This document shows positions 18,393 through 28,998 of a stretch of 64,000 nucleotides of DNA, one piece after another (position 1 is the stretch's first letter; every line of letters starts with the position of its first letter). Source of the stretch: Gammaproteobacteria bacterium (GTDB lineage: Bacteria; Pseudomonadota; Gammaproteobacteria; Eutrophobiales; Eutrophobiaceae); the NCBI GenBank assembly GCA_965243205.1, contig CBDEUK010000002.1, positions 128,001 to 192,000 of the forward strand, written 5' to 3'. The notes under the pieces are model-generated. The model searched no databases, was not told the DNA's origin, and saw only the letters and a list, made by a program, of their open reading frames with translations. Made by a program: the position numbers and the translations under genes.

Positions 18393-18404
18393 ACTACTTT
18401 TTAG

Positions 18405-18432
18405 TTGCATACGATTTTAACCTAACTATAAT
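18405..18432 (+). promoter_or_regulatory. sigma70 promoter for the structured leader and downstream ORF
   Basis: TTGCAT(18405-18410)-16 bp-TATAAT(18427-18432). Confidence 0.55.
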
Positions 18433-18435
18433 CTC

Positions 18436-18545
18436 GCATACGGCTTTGGATGGAAGCCTGCCTCGCGAAAGCGTATGTACCATCTTTCTTAAAGCAAGCA
18501 ATTAGCTTGTATATCTTCTCAGGTCCAATAGCGAGTAGGCCCGAT
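18436..18545 (+). ncRNA. Candidate structured cis-regulatory 5' leader RNA
   Basis: GC-enriched island with several complementary segments: CATACG/CGTATG, GGCTT/AAGCC, CGC-GAAA-GCG, CAAGC/GCTTG, GCCTGCCTCGC/GCGAGTAGGC. Confidence 0.5.
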
Positions 18546-18559
18546 TAAATAGAGACGAT

Positions 18560-18997
18560 ATGCAAATGAAAAATTCATCACTTCAATCCGAATCAATCAA
18601 TCTTTTACTAAGAGAAGCGAAACGATTACATCGAGCCGCTAAAGCTGAGTCTTTGCAATGCGCTTTGCCGGTTTTACGCAGATTAATTGCGAGTAATACT
18701 TTAAAAAACATTTCTTTAGTAGCATTACATAGAAAAAGAGAAATTATTCAACGTAAACATATCTTGAATATGTTGGCATATGAAGTCGGTTATAATAATT
18801 GGGCTGAATATAAACAAGAGATGATAGCGGGCAGAACAATAACAACAGAACATTACTCAATACTTCTTAAAAATACGGGATATCCAAACCAGTGGTTTTC
18901 TAATCTTAAGGAAGCAAAAGAATATGCTCGTATTAATGGAGGAAAGCCAATTCCTGTTGGTAATCAAGCTGTTGTTATTGTAGGAGAATCGGCTTAA
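18560..18997 (+). CDS. Hypothetical basic helical protein
   Basis: LLREAKRLH...LNMLAYEVGYNNWAEYK, resembling the AKRL...A.E.GY..W helical module found in glyoxalase-superfamily-annotated and ankyrin-fusion proteins. Confidence 0.6.
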   Translation: MQMKNSSLQSESINLLLREAKRLHRAAKAESLQCALPVLRRLIASNTLKNISLVALHRKREIIQRKHILNMLAYEVGYNNWAEYKQEMIAGRTITTEHYSILLKNTGYPNQWFSNLKEAKEYARINGGKPIPVGNQAVVIVGESA

Positions 18998-19045
18998 ATA
19001 TTATTTATATGACAAATAAGTTTGTAATTTAATTGTATTAATTTA

Positions 19046-19056
19046 GCAAGAATCGG
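19046..19056 (+). promoter_or_regulatory. Candidate Cada2/Ada-type activator site
   Basis: GCAA-gaat-CGG upstream of the Cada2-like gene. Confidence 0.4.
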
Positions 19057-19182
19057 GTCGAACTCTAAGAACAAAATTTATAAAGTGTTCTCTTAATAAC
19101 AAATTTAGGATACTTAATCATATATTTGCTCAATGTTAGTCGATGGTGGTGTATCGATTAATAAAACGTAAGAGAACCTATA

Positions 19183-20031
19183 ATGGCTGATCAAGAAAAT
19201 ACTAACTATTATCGCATTGCTCAGGCGATTGCATATATTGAAAAGTATTTTAAAGAACGGCCCTTATTAGATGACATTGCTGCCGAAATTGGTCTTAGTC
19301 CTTTTCATTTCCAACGTTTATTTACTGAATGGGCGGGAGTCAGCCCAAAAAAATTCATGCAATACCTAAGTATTGAATACGCTAAGAATCTATTGAAAAA
19401 TGAACAGGCAACATTATTAGACACTGCTTATAAAACTGGTTTATCCAGTACAGGTCGCTTGCATGATTTATTTGTCAGTATCGAAGGAATGACACCTGGT
19501 GAATTTAAAAATGGCGGCGAGAAACTCACCATCAATTATTGTTTTGCAGAAAGTCCATTTGGTAAAATGATTGTGGCTTCAACTGAAAAAGGAATTTGTC
19601 ATATGTTTTTCAATGATAATGAAGAGCAGGCATTATCCGACCTTAAACAACGTTTCCCAAATGCACAATACCATCAGCTTCATGATAAGTTTCAACAAGA
19701 TGCACTGTTTATTTTTCAAAAAGACTGGAAACAGCTCGATCAAATTAAATTGCATTTAAGAGGTACAGAGTTTCAGCTAAAAGTCTGGGAAACGCTACTA
19801 AAAATTCCAATGGGTAAATTAACTACCTATGGCAGTATTGCTGAACAAATCGCTAGACCAACAGCTTCGCGGGCAGTTGGTACTGCCATAGGATGTAATC
19901 CTGTGGCATTTCTTATTCCTTGTCATAGAGTGATTCAAAGTAGCGGTAAAATCGGTGGTTATATGTGGGGCAATATTCGTAAATCAGCCATGATAGGCTG
20001 GGAAGCATCAATAATAGATAAGCAAAAATAA
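19183..20031 (+). CDS. Bifunctional AraC-HTH / O6-methylguanine-DNA methyltransferase (Cada2-like adaptive-response regulator)
   Basis: LSPFHFQRLFTEWAGVSPKKF, GRLHDLF, GTEFQLKVW, ASRAVGTA, IPCHRVI; no N-terminal Ada Zn domain. Confidence 0.88.
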   Translation: MADQENTNYYRIAQAIAYIEKYFKERPLLDDIAAEIGLSPFHFQRLFTEWAGVSPKKFMQYLSIEYAKNLLKNEQATLLDTAYKTGLSSTGRLHDLFVSIEGMTPGEFKNGGEKLTINYCFAESPFGKMIVASTEKGICHMFFNDNEEQALSDLKQRFPNAQYHQLHDKFQQDALFIFQKDWKQLDQIKLHLRGTEFQLKVWETLLKIPMGKLTTYGSIAEQIARPTASRAVGTAIGCNPVAFLIPCHRVIQSSGKIGGYMWGNIRKSAMIGWEASIIDKQK

Positions 20032-20113
20032 CCTGTGTTTCTAATAACAATCTCAATAAGTTAAAGCAATTCTGCTTATTCCATAAGAATGAATTTCTAT
20101 GAAGTATAAGTAA

Positions 20114-20149
20114 TTGCTATATTAAGAGTTTTCTCGTTATAATACGCGC
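20114..20149 (+). promoter_or_regulatory. sigma70 promoter of the rimP-nusA-infB operon with GC-rich discriminator
   Basis: TTGCTA(20114)-18 bp-TATAAT(20138)-ACGCGC. Confidence 0.6.
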
Positions 20150-20184
20150 ATTAGCAGCAAGGACGGATTGAGCGTAACGGAATG

Positions 20185-20280
20185 AATAAAGCCCATTATG
20201 GGCTTTTTTTATTGCTGAAATTCCTACCAGGAAAGTAGGGCTGTTTTTTGAAAAAATGGGCTTTGAGCCCATTTTTTATT
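20185..20280 (+). promoter_or_regulatory. rimP leader: tandem terminator-like hairpins (putative attenuator)
   Basis: AAAGCCCA-tta-TGGGCTTTTTTT (20188-20210), CCTAC/GTAGG (20223-20239), AAAAAATGGGCT-ttg-AGCCCATTTTTT (20251-20277), the last matching the GGGc...gCCC rimP-leader pattern. Confidence 0.7.
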
Positions 20281-20307
20281 TATAAAGTAACGTTTTATAT
20301 AGGCAAA

Positions 20308-20766
20308 ATGATTCGACAAAACCCAAACTTGACCAAATTAGTACAACCAGTGGTTGAGGGATTAGGTTTCGAATTATGGGGATTGGAGTATTTGCCGCAA
20401 TCCAAACCGGCTATTTTGAGAGTATACATTGATGGCCCTGATGGCGTTGACGTGAATGATTGTCAGAAGGTTAGTCAGCAGTTAGTTGGCGTGCTGGATG
20501 TGGAAGATCCTATTCCTTCCGCATATAACTTGGAGGTGTCATCTCCAGGAATTGATCGAGTTTTATTTACACTTGAACAATGTGAACGATTTATTGGAAG
20601 TGAAGTGGCAGTACGATTATCTCGCAAGCACGAAGGTCGTCGGCGTTTTAAAGGTACTATTTTGAGTGTGACGGATACTTCATTATCGATATTGGATAAT
20701 GCTGAGGAATTTGCTTTGCCAGTCGATTCCATCGATTTAGTACGATTAACACTGGAAAATATTTAA
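20308..20766 (+). CDS. rimP: Ribosome maturation factor RimP
   Basis: LRVYID...DCQKVS...LDVEDPI...YNLEVSSPGIDR; operon position; ATG 20308. Confidence 0.95.
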   Translation: MIRQNPNLTKLVQPVVEGLGFELWGLEYLPQSKPAILRVYIDGPDGVDVNDCQKVSQQLVGVLDVEDPIPSAYNLEVSSPGIDRVLFTLEQCERFIGSEVAVRLSRKHEGRRRFKGTILSVTDTSLSILDNAEEFALPVDSIDLVRLTLENI

Positions 20767-20824
20767 ACAGATCTTTTATTAAGACATTAAATTTTAATTT
20801 GGACAAACTGAAGATTTTGACATT

Positions 20825-22333
20825 ATGAATAAAGAAATTCTTACCGTTGTGGATGTTGTTTCGAATGAGAAAGGCGTTAGCAAAGAAATTATCTTTGAAG
20901 CCATTGAGGCGGCGTTGGCCACTGCGACTAAAAAACGTAACCGTGAAGACATAGAAGCAAGAGTCAATATTGATCGTGAGACGGGCGATTACGATACTTT
21001 TCGTCGTTGGGAAGTGATTGAAGACGAAGAAGAAGTCGAATTTCCTACCCGCCAAGTCCATTTAAAAGATGCTAAAGAATCTGATCCAAGTATCGAGGTT
21101 GGTGGCTTTATTGAAGAACCATTACCATCTATTGAGTTCGGACGGATTGCTGCACAAACCGCAAAACAAGTGATTGTGCAAAAAGTACGTGAAGCAGAAC
21201 GTAAGAAAGTCGTTGAAGCTTATGAAGACCAAGTTGGAAGCATGGTCAGTGGTGTGGTTAAACGTGTTGATCGTGGGAATGTGATATTAGACTTGGGTAG
21301 TAATGCAGAAGCAATTATTCCTCGTGATCAAATGATTCCTCGAGAATTAGTTCGTGCTGGTGATCGTATCCGCGGTTATTTAAGTGAAGTTCGTCCCGAT
21401 GCAAAAGGTCCACAATTATTCTTAAGTCGTACATCTCCAAAATTATTAATCGAATTATTTGAATTAGAAGTACCTGAAATTAATGAAGGTTTAATTGAAG
21501 TATTAAATGGAGCGCGTGACCCAGGTTCTCGAGCCAAGATTGCTGTTAAAGCAAACGATCCACGAATTGATCCTATTGGAGCTTGTGTGGGTATGCGTGG
21601 TTCTCGTGTCCAAGCAGTCTCTAATGAATTAGGTGGTGAACGTGTTGATATTATCCTCTGGGATGATAACCCAGCCCAGTTTGTGATTAATGCGATGGCG
21701 CCTGCTGAGGTACTGTCTATTTTAGTTGATGAAGATTCGCAAACTATGGATGTTGCTGTCGCCGAAGATAACCTTTCGCAAGCAATCGGTCGCGGTGGAC
21801 AAAACGTTAAGTTAGCCAGTGAATTAACCGGCTGGGAACTCAATGTCATGTCGACGGAACAAGCCGAACAAAAGAACGAAGAAGAAGCGCAAAAAATTCA
21901 AGCTGTGTTTATGGAACATCTTGATGTCGATGAAGAGATTGCAACTATTCTTGTTCAAGAAGGTTTTTCTAGTGTAGAAGAAGTCGCTTACGTACCTGAA
22001 AGCGAAATGATGAATATTGAAGAGTTTGATGCTGACTTAGTGAATGAACTTCGTGAGCGTGCTCGTGATGTAATGTTAACACGAGCAATAGCCAGTGAAG
22101 AAAAACTCGATGACAAAAAGCCAGCAGAAGATTTACTAACAATGGATGGCATGGAAGAAGCCTTAGCCTATCAATTAGCTAGTAAAAACATTATCACTAT
22201 GGATGACTTAGCAGAACTATCGGTCGATGAATTAATGGAAATTGAAGGTATGACTGAAGAGCGTGCGGGCAAACTCATTATGACTGCTCGAATACCTTGG
22301 TTCGAAGAAGCAGAGCAAGAAGGAGGAGCGTAA
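20825..22333 (+). CDS. nusA: Transcription termination/antitermination factor NusA
   Basis: [32 protein letters not shown], two C-terminal acidic repeats. Confidence 0.98.
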   Translation: MNKEILTVVDVVSNEKGVSKEIIFEAIEAALATATKKRNREDIEARVNIDRETGDYDTFRRWEVIEDEEEVEFPTRQVHLKDAKESDPSIEVGGFIEEPLPSIEFGRIAAQTAKQVIVQKVREAERKKVVEAYEDQVGSMVSGVVKRVDRGNVILDLGSNAEAIIPRDQMIPRELVRAGDRIRGYLSEVRPDAKGPQLFLSRTSPKLLIELFELEVPEINEGLIEVLNGARDPGSRAKIAVKANDPRIDPIGACVGMRGSRVQAVSNELGGERVDIILWDDNPAQFVINAMAPAEVLSILVDEDSQTMDVAVAEDNLSQAIGRGGQNVKLASELTGWELNVMSTEQAEQKNEEEAQKIQAVFMEHLDVDEEIATILVQEGFSSVEEVAYVPESEMMNIEEFDADLVNELRERARDVMLTRAIASEEKLDDKKPAEDLLTMDGMEEALAYQLASKNIITMDDLAELSVDELMEIEGMTEERAGKLIMTARIPWFEEAEQEGGA

Positions 22334-22336
22334 TTC

Positions 22337-24904
22337 ATGTCTGATGTTACGGTTAAACAATTTGCTGAGGTCATTAAGACTTCTGTTGAAAAACTTCAAG
22401 AACAATTAAAGGACGCAGGGTTAGATGCAAAAGAGCCTGATGATTTAATCAGTGATGAAGAAAAAAATACCTTATTAGCTTATCTAAGAAACAAGCGTGG
22501 TAAATCAGATGATGTTGATAGTAAAAAAATAACATTAAAACGCAAAACCGTTAGTGAATTAAAAGTTCCTGTCAGTTCTGCTGGCCGTAATAAACCACGT
22601 ACTAAAACAGTTAATGTTGAGTTCCGAAAAAAACGTACTTATGTACAACGTAGCGTTTTAGAAGAAAACGCTGCTGCTGAGCAGGCTGAATTGTTAGCAA
22701 AGAAACAGGCAGAAGAAGCAGAGTTAGCACGTCAACAAGCAGAAGAGGAAGCAGCAAAGAAAGCAGCGGAAGAAGAGGCCGCTAAAGTTGCAGCAGAAGA
22801 GGAAGCAGCAAAGAAAGCAGCGGAAGAAGAGGCCGCTAAAATTGTAGCAGAACAAGAAGCGGCAAAAAAAGCAGCAGAAGAACTCGCGGCAAAAGAAAAA
22901 CAAGAATCAGCTACTAACCAAGCCCCTATTCCTGCCCAATCTGAGCCCTCTAAACCTGCTAAGAAAGGTGGGCGTGAAGATAAGAAAAAATCTAATCAAG
23001 ATGATAAACACACACGTTACGGTCGTCAGGAATTACATGTTGCATCAGACAAATCTGGCAAACGTAAAAAACGTGCTCGCCCGACCCCAACTCCTGCTGC
23101 TAGCGGTAGTTCAAGTAAGCAACATGGATTTGAGAAACCAACTGCACCGATCGTTCGAGAAGTAGAGTTACCCGAAAGTATCTCTGTCTCTGATTTAGCA
23201 AATAAAATGTCAGTGAAGGCACCTGAAGTCATTAAGTTATTAATGGGCTTAGGTACCATGGCCACAATTAATCAAATCATTGATCAAGAAACAGCTACCA
23301 TTGTGGTTGAAGAAATGGGGCACAAGGTTAAATTGATCAATGAAAATGAAGCTGAAGAAGCTTTGTTAGAAGCAGCTCAAGGCGATTTTGAAGAGGTCAC
23401 GCGTGCACCAGTGGTTACTATTATGGGACATGTTGATCATGGTAAGACATCATTATTAGATTACATTCGTAAGAGTCGTGTTGCTGATGGTGAAGCAGGT
23501 GGGATTACTCAACACATTGGTTCGTACAGTGTTGAAACCAGTCTAGGTAAAATTACCTTTTTAGATACACCAGGTCACGCTGCGTTTACAGCAATGCGTG
23601 CACGAGGAGCGAAAGTAACTGACATCGTTGTGTTAGTTGTTGCTGCTGATGACGGTGTCATGCCACAAACAGAAGAAGCAGTGAAACATAGCCAGGCTGC
23701 AGGTGTACCGTTGATTATTGCGGTAAATAAAATGGATAAAGAGGATGCAAACCCTGATCAAATCAAACAAGGATTATCTAAGTTTGAAGTAATTCCTGAA
23801 GATTGGGGAGGTGATACTCAATTTGTTCCTGTTTCTGCTAAGACAGGCCAAGGCGTTGAAGACTTATTAGAATGTATTTCATTGCAAGCAGAGTTATTAG
23901 ATCTTAAAGCGGTCGAACAAGGTCCTGCGAAAGGTACTGTGGTTGAATCTCGTTTAGATAAAGGTCGTGGCCCAGTTGCAAGTCTTATCGTTCAAAGCGG
24001 TAGTTTAAACAAAGGTGACATAATCCTAAGTGGTCATGAATTCGGCCGTGTCCGTGCGTTGTTAGATGAAAACGGTAAAGAAATTATGACTGCAGGCCCA
24101 TCAACCCCCGTTGAAGTATTGGGTCTTTCAGGTACACCGAATGCAGGTGATGAAATGTTAGTGGTAGGTGATGAAAAGAAAGCGCGTGAAATCGCCACCT
24201 TCCGTCAAGGTAAATATCGTGAAAATAAAATTGCTAAACAACAAGCAGCTAAGTTAGATGACTTTATGTCACAAATGGGTACCGAAGGTGGTGCTGTATT
24301 AAATATTCTAATTAAAGCGGATGTTCAAGGTTCTGCGGAAGCTTTGTCAGAGTCATTACAAAAAATTAGTAACGATGAAGTGAAAGTATCGATTATTAGT
24401 AGTGGGGTGGGTGGCATAACTGAATCGGATGCTAACTTAGCGCTAGCTTCTAAAGGTGTCATGATTGGTTTCAATGTTCGTGCAGATGCTTCGGCTAGAA
24501 AGATCATTGATGAAGAAGGCATTGATTTACGATATTACAGTGTTATCTATGATGTTATCGATGATGTAAAAGCAGCTCTTTCTGGCATGTTATCACCAGA
24601 GATTCGCGAACAAATTATTGGTGTTGCTGAAGTACGTGATGTTTTCCGTTCGCCTAAGTTTGGTGATATCGCTGGTTGTATGGTTTCTACTGGTGTTGTT
24701 AAACGCAGTAATCCAATACGTGTTTTACGTGATAATGTCGTGATATACGAAGGTGAACTCGAGTCATTACGTCGCTTTAAAGACGATGTTAACGAAGTTA
24801 AATCAGGTATGGAATGTGGTATTGGTGTGAAGAACTACGATAATGTTCAACCAGGCGATCAGATCGAAGTCTTTGAACGAGTTGAAGTATCTAGAACTAT
24901 TTAA
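22337..24904 (+). CDS. infB: Translation initiation factor IF-2
   Basis: [32 protein letters not shown]. Confidence 0.98.
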   Translation: MSDVTVKQFAEVIKTSVEKLQEQLKDAGLDAKEPDDLISDEEKNTLLAYLRNKRGKSDDVDSKKITLKRKTVSELKVPVSSAGRNKPRTKTVNVEFRKKRTYVQRSVLEENAAAEQAELLAKKQAEEAELARQQAEEEAAKKAAEEEAAKVAAEEEAAKKAAEEEAAKIVAEQEAAKKAAEELAAKEKQESATNQAPIPAQSEPSKPAKKGGREDKKKSNQDDKHTRYGRQELHVASDKSGKRKKRARPTPTPAASGSSSKQHGFEKPTAPIVREVELPESISVSDLANKMSVKAPEVIKLLMGLGTMATINQIIDQETATIVVEEMGHKVKLINENEAEEALLEAAQGDFEEVTRAPVVTIMGHVDHGKTSLLDYIRKSRVADGEAGGITQHIGSYSVETSLGKITFLDTPGHAAFTAMRARGAKVTDIVVLVVAADDGVMPQTEEAVKHSQAAGVPLIIAVNKMDKEDANPDQIKQGLSKFEVIPEDWGGDTQFVPVSAKTGQGVEDLLECISLQAELLDLKAVEQGPAKGTVVESRLDKGRGPVASLIVQSGSLNKGDIILSGHEFGRVRALLDENGKEIMTAGPSTPVEVLGLSGTPNAGDEMLVVGDEKKAREIATFRQGKYRENKIAKQQAAKLDDFMSQMGTEGGAVLNILIKADVQGSAEALSESLQKISNDEVKVSIISSGVGGITESDANLALASKGVMIGFNVRADASARKIIDEEGIDLRYYSVIYDVIDDVKAALSGMLSPEIREQIIGVAEVRDVFRSPKFGDIAGCMVSTGVVKRSNPIRVLRDNVVIYEGELESLRRFKDDVNEVKSGMECGIGVKNYDNVQPGDQIEVFERVEVSRTI
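22738..22846 (+). repeat. In-frame 54-bp tandem duplication in the IF-2 Ala/Glu/Lys linker
   Basis: 22738-22786 is identical to 22792-22840 ([16 protein letters not shown] twice). Confidence 0.9.
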
Positions 24905-24907
24905 TTC

Positions 24908-25270
24908 ATGCCAAAAGAATATGCACGAAACATTCGAGTTGCGGATCTGATTCAAAGAGAACTTGCAAAAATATTTGAACGCGAACGCATGACTCAAACG
25001 GCAGCATTAATGACCGTTTCTAATGTCGATGTGAGTCCTGATCTAAAGAATGCAAAAATCTATGTTACTTGTTTAGGTGATGTTGATCATAAATCGTTAA
25101 CGAAAGAACTTCAGGAAGATGCTGGGCATTATCGACACCTTTTATCCAAACAACTAAATATTCGTGTGACTCCTAAACTTACATTTAAATATGATGAGCA
25201 ATTAGAGCAGGCGAACCGACTTACTTCGATCATTGATAAACTTTCTGACGATTCTTCTGAACAGGAATAA
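24908..25270 (+). CDS. rbfA: Ribosome-binding factor A
   Basis: RVADLIQRELA, VDVSPDLKNAKIYV, PKLTFKYD. Confidence 0.95.
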   Translation: MPKEYARNIRVADLIQRELAKIFERERMTQTAALMTVSNVDVSPDLKNAKIYVTCLGDVDHKSLTKELQEDAGHYRHLLSKQLNIRVTPKLTFKYDEQLEQANRLTSIIDKLSDDSSEQE

Positions 25271-25274
25271 TTAA

Positions 25275-26204
25275 ATGGGTCGTCGTCCAAAAGCTCGTGG
25301 AAGAAATATTCACGGAGTTTTGCTATTAAACAAACCGGCCGGCTTAACCTCTAACGATTGTTTGCAAAAAGTTAAGCGTCTATTTAATGCGAATCGCGCA
25401 GGTCATACAGGAAGTTTAGATAAACCTGCAACAGGTATGTTGCCCATCTGCTTAGGCGAAGCGACTAAACTTACCAGCTATCTATTGGATGCTGATAAAG
25501 TGTATGAAGCTAAAGTTCGCTTAGGAATAATGACAACAACTGGGGATGCAGCAGGAGATGTCTTAGAACAGAAGCCGATCCCTAAAATTGATAAAGAATT
25601 ATTATTAAATGTTATCAAACAATTTGTCGGTACGATTTCCCAAGTGCCACCAATGTATTCTGCGTTAAAGCACCAAGGCCAAAGGCTATATAAATTAGCA
25701 TACCAAGATCAAGAAGTAGAACGCGAACCACGTAATATCACGATCTATGATATCGATTTGCTCGAATTCGATAATGATAGTTTTAAAATCAAAGTTTCTT
25801 GCTCCAAAGGCACCTATATTCGAAGTTTAGCAGTGGATATCGGTGAAAAATTAGGCTGTGGGGCACATATTGAGACCTTACATCGTATAGAAGTGAGTCA
25901 ATTTAGCCGGGAAGAAATGGTTGATTTTGAGAATATTGAATCTATAACGGATATAGATTCATTATTATTACCTATGGACAGTGTGGTTGAACATCTACCC
26001 ATCGTCGATTTAGAACAAGATTCTACCGCCTATGTACTTAATGGGCAGGCAGTGCTGGTTGCTAAATCACCAAGTTCAGGCTTGGTCAGATTGTACGATC
26101 ATGAACAGTTTTTTATCGGAATTGGCCATATTTTAGAAGATGGTCGCGTAGCCCCCAAAAGATTGTTTCATTTTGCAGAAAATAGTGAGTTGGCTAAGCA
26201 ATAA
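25275..26204 (+). CDS. truB: tRNA pseudouridine(55) synthase
   Basis: AGHTGSLD, QVPPMYSALK, CSKGTYIRSL. Confidence 0.97.
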   Translation: MGRRPKARGRNIHGVLLLNKPAGLTSNDCLQKVKRLFNANRAGHTGSLDKPATGMLPICLGEATKLTSYLLDADKVYEAKVRLGIMTTTGDAAGDVLEQKPIPKIDKELLLNVIKQFVGTISQVPPMYSALKHQGQRLYKLAYQDQEVEREPRNITIYDIDLLEFDNDSFKIKVSCSKGTYIRSLAVDIGEKLGCGAHIETLHRIEVSQFSREEMVDFENIESITDIDSLLLPMDSVVEHLPIVDLEQDSTAYVLNGQAVLVAKSPSSGLVRLYDHEQFFIGIGHILEDGRVAPKRLFHFAENSELAKQ

Positions 26205-26312
26205 GTAAAAATATTTTATCTATAAAAATCAATGGGTTAAGGTTTTTTGCAAATATCCTAGGCCTTGGTAACAAAAAAGTCTAAGAACATATTGATTTTT
26301 TTTCAGTTTTCC

Positions 26313-26348
26313 TTGTTTGCCTAGGTACTCATGGGTACAATACGCCCG
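26313..26348 (+). promoter_or_regulatory. rpsO promoter
   Basis: TTGTTT(26313)-17 bp-TACAAT(26336) followed by GC-rich ACGCCCG. Confidence 0.55.
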
Positions 26349-26391
26349 CAAAATTGACTGAACATATTGAAAAATACTGGAGTTTTAATAC

Positions 26392-26661
26392 ATGGCACTA
26401 GATGCTCAAAAAAAGGCTGAAATTGTAAAAGAATATCAAAGAGGTACAGGTGACACAGGGTCGCCAGAAGTACAGGTAGCTTTATTGACTGCTCGCATCA
26501 CAGATTTATCTGGACACTTCAAAGAGAACAGCAAAGACCACCATTCGCGCCAAGGTCTATTACGTATGGTGAACCACCGTCGTAGCCTGTTGGATTATCT
26601 TAAATCGAAAGACCTCGATCGTTATCGTACTTTGATCGGTCGTCTTGGTTTACGTAAATAA
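26392..26661 (+). CDS. rpsO: 30S ribosomal protein S15
   Basis: [26 protein letters not shown]. Confidence 0.98.
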   Translation: MALDAQKKAEIVKEYQRGTGDTGSPEVQVALLTARITDLSGHFKENSKDHHSRQGLLRMVNHRRSLLDYLKSKDLDRYRTLIGRLGLRK

Positions 26662-26762
26662 TCCATAAAACTTTCCAATTGCGCTGAAACGGGTAGCCGT
26701 TTAACAATAGTACAAGTCTTAGTGCGATTACCATTCAAAAAAACAAATAGAAAGGTGTTCAC

Positions 26763-28850
26763 ATGAACGTGGTACGCAAAGAATTTCAATATGGAGAGCA
26801 TACAATTACCCTGGAAACAGGTCGTATTGCTCGTCAAGCAACAGGTGCCGTTCTGGCAAGCATGGGAGATACTACGGTTTTAGTGAGCTGTGTTGCTAAA
26901 ACTGAAGCCGACCCGACTAAAGATTTTTTCCCTTTAACTATCGACTATCAAGAAAAAACCTACGCCGCTGGGAAAATTCCAGGCGGCTTTTTCAAACGTG
27001 AAGGCCGACCTAGTGAGAAAGAAACACTAACTTCTAGACTAATTGATCGTCCTCTGCGCCCTTTATTTCCAAAAAAATTCACTAACGAAATTCAAATCGT
27101 AGTTACAGTAGTTTCGATTGACCCAGACATCGATCCCGATTTAATTTCAATGATTGGTTCGTCGGCTGCAGTGTCAATTTCTGGTGTGCCTTTCAATGGA
27201 CCAATTGGTGTGGCTAGAGTCGGTTACAAAGATGGTCAATACACATTAAACCCTGGTTATAAAGCATTAGAGACTTCTGAATTGGATTTGGTTGTTTCGG
27301 GTACTGAATCTTCAGTGTTAATGGTTGAATCTGAAGCTAAGCAATTACCAGAAGATGTCATGTTGGGTGCTGTTGTATACGGCCATGAACAACAACAAGT
27401 GGTCATTGAAAATATTCGTGCCTTTGCACAAGAAGTGGGTACGCCAGCTTGGGACTGGACTGCGCCTGAAGCTGATACCGATTTAGAACAAACCGTTGCT
27501 GAACAATGTCGTGATTTAATTCGTGAAGGTTATTCTATAACCGATAAATTAAGTCGACGCGATCGCTTAAGTGAGATTCGTAGCCAAGTTATTGAATCTT
27601 TATGTGAAGTAGAAGAACCAAAATGGACAGCTGGACAAGTATCTACTGCGATTGAAGAATTAGAAAGTGAGATAGTACGTGGTGGTATTATTTCTGGTGA
27701 GCCGCGTATTGACGGTCGAGATAATAAACAAATTCGTGATATTAGTGTTGAAGTAGGGATTTTACCTAGAACGCACGGTTCAGCTTTATTTACACGTGGT
27801 GAAACTCAAGCCATTGTGGTTACAACATTAGGCACTGAACGTGATGCACAGATTATTGATGCACTAGAAGGCGAACGTAAAGAGCCTTTTATGCTTCACT
27901 ATAATTTCCCTCCATACTGTGTTGGTGAAACCGGTCGTGTAGGTTCACCAAAACGTCGTGAGATTGGTCATGGTCGCTTAGCGAAACGTGGAATCTTGGG
28001 CGTCATGCCAGATTTAAACAAATACCCATATAGTATTCGTGTGGTCTCTGAGATTACTGAATCTAATGGTTCAAGTTCTATGGCTTCAGTCTGTGGTACC
28101 AGTTTAGCGTTAATGGATGCGGGTGTGAGTATTGATGCGCCTGTTGCAGGTATTGCGATGGGGTTAATTAAAGAAGACGATAAATTTGTCGTGCTTTCTG
28201 ACATCATGGGTGATGAAGATCATCTAGGTGATATGGATTTTAAAGTGGCTGGTTCTGCTAAAGGTGTTAATGCTTTGCAAATGGACATCAAGATTGATGG
28301 AATCACCAAAGAAATTATGGAAGTTGCTTTGAATCAGGCTAAAGATGGTCGTTTGCATATCTTAGAAAAAATGAATGCTGTGATTCAAGAGCCTCGTACA
28401 GAAATGTCAGAGTTTGCTCCAAGAATTACTACCATGAAAATTCATCCTGATAAAATTCGTGAAGTCATTGGTAAAGGTGGCGCTACTATTCGATCAATCA
28501 CTGAAGAAACAGGCGCAACCATTGATATCGATGATGATGGAAATGTGAAAATAGCATCGGTTGATAAAGCTGCCGGTGAAGAAGCGAAAAAACGCGTTGA
28601 ATTAATCACGGCTGACATTGAAGTTGGTAAAATTTATGAGGGCCGTGTTGCTAAGTTAATGGACTTTGGTGCTTTTGTGAATATCCTTCCTGGTAAAGAT
28701 GGTTTGGTTCATATCTCGCAAATTTCAGAAGAACGAGTAGAGCAAGTCAGCGATAAACTGAGCGAAGGTGATTATGTGAAAGTCAAAGTCTTAGAGATAG
28801 ACAAGCAAGGTCGTGTCAGACTAAGTATGAAAGCAGTCAATGCTGAATAA
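26763..28850 (+). CDS. pnp: Polyribonucleotide nucleotidyltransferase
   Basis: [39 protein letters not shown] and S1 domains. Confidence 0.98.
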   Translation: MNVVRKEFQYGEHTITLETGRIARQATGAVLASMGDTTVLVSCVAKTEADPTKDFFPLTIDYQEKTYAAGKIPGGFFKREGRPSEKETLTSRLIDRPLRPLFPKKFTNEIQIVVTVVSIDPDIDPDLISMIGSSAAVSISGVPFNGPIGVARVGYKDGQYTLNPGYKALETSELDLVVSGTESSVLMVESEAKQLPEDVMLGAVVYGHEQQQVVIENIRAFAQEVGTPAWDWTAPEADTDLEQTVAEQCRDLIREGYSITDKLSRRDRLSEIRSQVIESLCEVEEPKWTAGQVSTAIEELESEIVRGGIISGEPRIDGRDNKQIRDISVEVGILPRTHGSALFTRGETQAIVVTTLGTERDAQIIDALEGERKEPFMLHYNFPPYCVGETGRVGSPKRREIGHGRLAKRGILGVMPDLNKYPYSIRVVSEITESNGSSSMASVCGTSLALMDAGVSIDAPVAGIAMGLIKEDDKFVVLSDIMGDEDHLGDMDFKVAGSAKGVNALQMDIKIDGITKEIMEVALNQAKDGRLHILEKMNAVIQEPRTEMSEFAPRITTMKIHPDKIREVIGKGGATIRSITEETGATIDIDDDGNVKIASVDKAAGEEAKKRVELITADIEVGKIYEGRVAKLMDFGAFVNILPGKDGLVHISQISEERVEQVSDKLSEGDYVKVKVLEIDKQGRVRLSMKAVNAE

Positions 28851-28868
28851 TTTGATTCACTATCATAA

Positions 28869-28899
28869 AATAAAAAAGGCCTTCAGGGCCTTTTTTATT
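28869..28899 (+). terminator. Intrinsic terminator after pnp
   Basis: AATAAAAAAGGCC-ttcag-GGCCTTTTTTATT. Confidence 0.85.
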
Positions 28900-28998
28900 G
28901 TCTTGAGATTAGAGTTATTTAACCCAAACTGTTTATTCGATCGTTTAAATATTGAATAGGCTTTGACAGATTTAGTAAATTATCAATACACTGGTTTT

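Noticed and set aside
20150-20250. tRNA-Met (metY) at its usual position
   Set aside because: No cloverleaf, TTCGA T-loop or CCA end visible; too little space before the first hairpin
20248-20307. Longer N-termini given by the ORF track (rimP, also fimT, sohB, hxlR, LolA-like copy 1, ECF sigma)
   Set aside because: Extensions overlap regulatory elements or neighbouring genes; downstream starts fit family N-termini and RBS positions better
22680-22890. Repeated GCAGAAGA units as a CRISPR array or non-coding repeat
   Set aside because: In-frame Ala/Glu/Lys low-complexity linker of IF-2; no unique spacers and no cas genes
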